DNA of 20,000 nt from Asterionella formosa (Eukaryota), in contig NKIB01012895.1 in NCBI GenBank assembly GCA_002256025.1, positions 48,487-68,486 of the forward strand, written 5' to 3'. Below the pieces are notes generated by a model. The model had not been told where the DNA came from. It saw only the letters and a list, made by a program, of their open reading frames with translations, and made no database searches. The first letter of the stretch is position 1; each line of letters starts with the position of its first letter. A program made the translations under genes and the position numbers. Shown in pieces: positions 19,330 through 20,000 of the stretch.

Positions 19330-19611
19330 AAAATTAAACCCAAGTTGTATTTTCCCGTAGGCCTCTGGTATGTGTCTACTGGGTCATTTTAATACTGGCA
19401 CGGTATTGATCTGAAAATACTAGTGGAAGCACCGTGTTACAACAGTATTTGCCAGTAGAAAAATTAAACCCGGTTTAACTGGGGGTTTAATTTTTTGGTT
19501 TAATTAAACCATAACTGTACGCACGATCATCGTAGGAATATACACTGTACGAGTACATAAAATTAGCTATTACACTGTCCTGGTACCGGTAGTACACACA
19601 AATTAAACCCC
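19330..19611. repeat. Cluster of AATTAAACC motifs in both orientations, with a 13-bp inverted repeat and a 14-bp palindrome
   Basis: Forward copies at 19332, 19462, 19502, 19601; reverse copies at 19484, 19497. AAAAATTAAACCC 19459-19471 pairs with GGGTTTAATTTTT 19483-19495. Palindrome GGTTTAATTAAACC at 19497-19510. Confidence 0.75.
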
Positions 19612-19638
19612 ATCCTCATTCATGTACCATTGGTACTT

Positions 19639-19664
19639 GGTACCAGGTACCAGGTACCAGGTAC
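19639..19664. repeat. (GGTACCA)3.7 heptamer tandem repeat
   Basis: GGTACCAGGTACCAGGTACCAGGTAC. A shorter copy occurs at about 7337-7358. Confidence 0.85.
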
Positions 19665-20000
19665 TCGGTATTTCGGTATGCAGCAGCGGTAAGGAGAGGA
19701 AGGTGTGACTGATGGGACACCAACAGCAGGTGAAGGAGGGAAGTATGAGCTGCCAGTTTGTTTTTGGAACTATATACTTGGGTTGTACTCCCAGCAGATC
19801 GAGATGCAATGTCGCCTAGTTTTGAAACTAAGGTGGATGACATCAGCCAGTCGACTCTCGTCTTGAAGGAGTGTTGACTCCTGACTACTAGTTATTGGTG
19901 GTAGCAGGAGTGACAAGTATGCAGAATGATGATTGAGATTCCAGAAATGCCTCAAATGTGGTGTTTGAAGAAGTTTTCAACAATTAACAAGTTGATGAAC

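Noticed and set aside
19330..19611. Telomeric TAAACCC repeats or a CRISPR array
   Set aside because: Motifs are dispersed and in both orientations rather than tandem, there is no repeat-spacer periodicity, and the context is eukaryotic.
19603..19955. Short minus-strand ORFs at the right end
   Set aside because: No recognisable domain; the YLVPGTWYQVP text derives from the GGTACCA repeat.

Overview
AT-rich eukaryotic nuclear DNA with short GT-AG introns. It is most consistent with a stramenopile, probably a diatom; this is an inference from intron size, poly-T/N/Q tracts, signal peptide plus LRG/RxL motifs and a bipartite-like presequence. Six apparently intact genes: two tandem paralogues encoding secreted Cys-rich, Pro/Thr-linker proteins built from an 8-Cys module I cannot assign to a family (2 and 3 copies); an Fe(II)/2OG dioxygenase with a candidate N-terminal acylation motif; a YchJ/SEC-C-like protein with a probable plastid presequence; the Golgi Qb-SNARE GOS1/GOSR1; and a 1370-aa bromodomain protein. 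Between them are CpG-depleted tracts containing a broken RNI-like LRR pseudogene, other possible decayed ORFs, and a shortened tRNA-Ala-like Pol III element followed by a hairpin. The palindrome TACCGGTA is strongly over-represented outside the intact genes, and a cluster of AATTAAACC direct/inverted repeats lies near the right end. Most other ORFs in the supplied track are shadow or antisense frames. All calls and counts were made by eye; no database searches were run.
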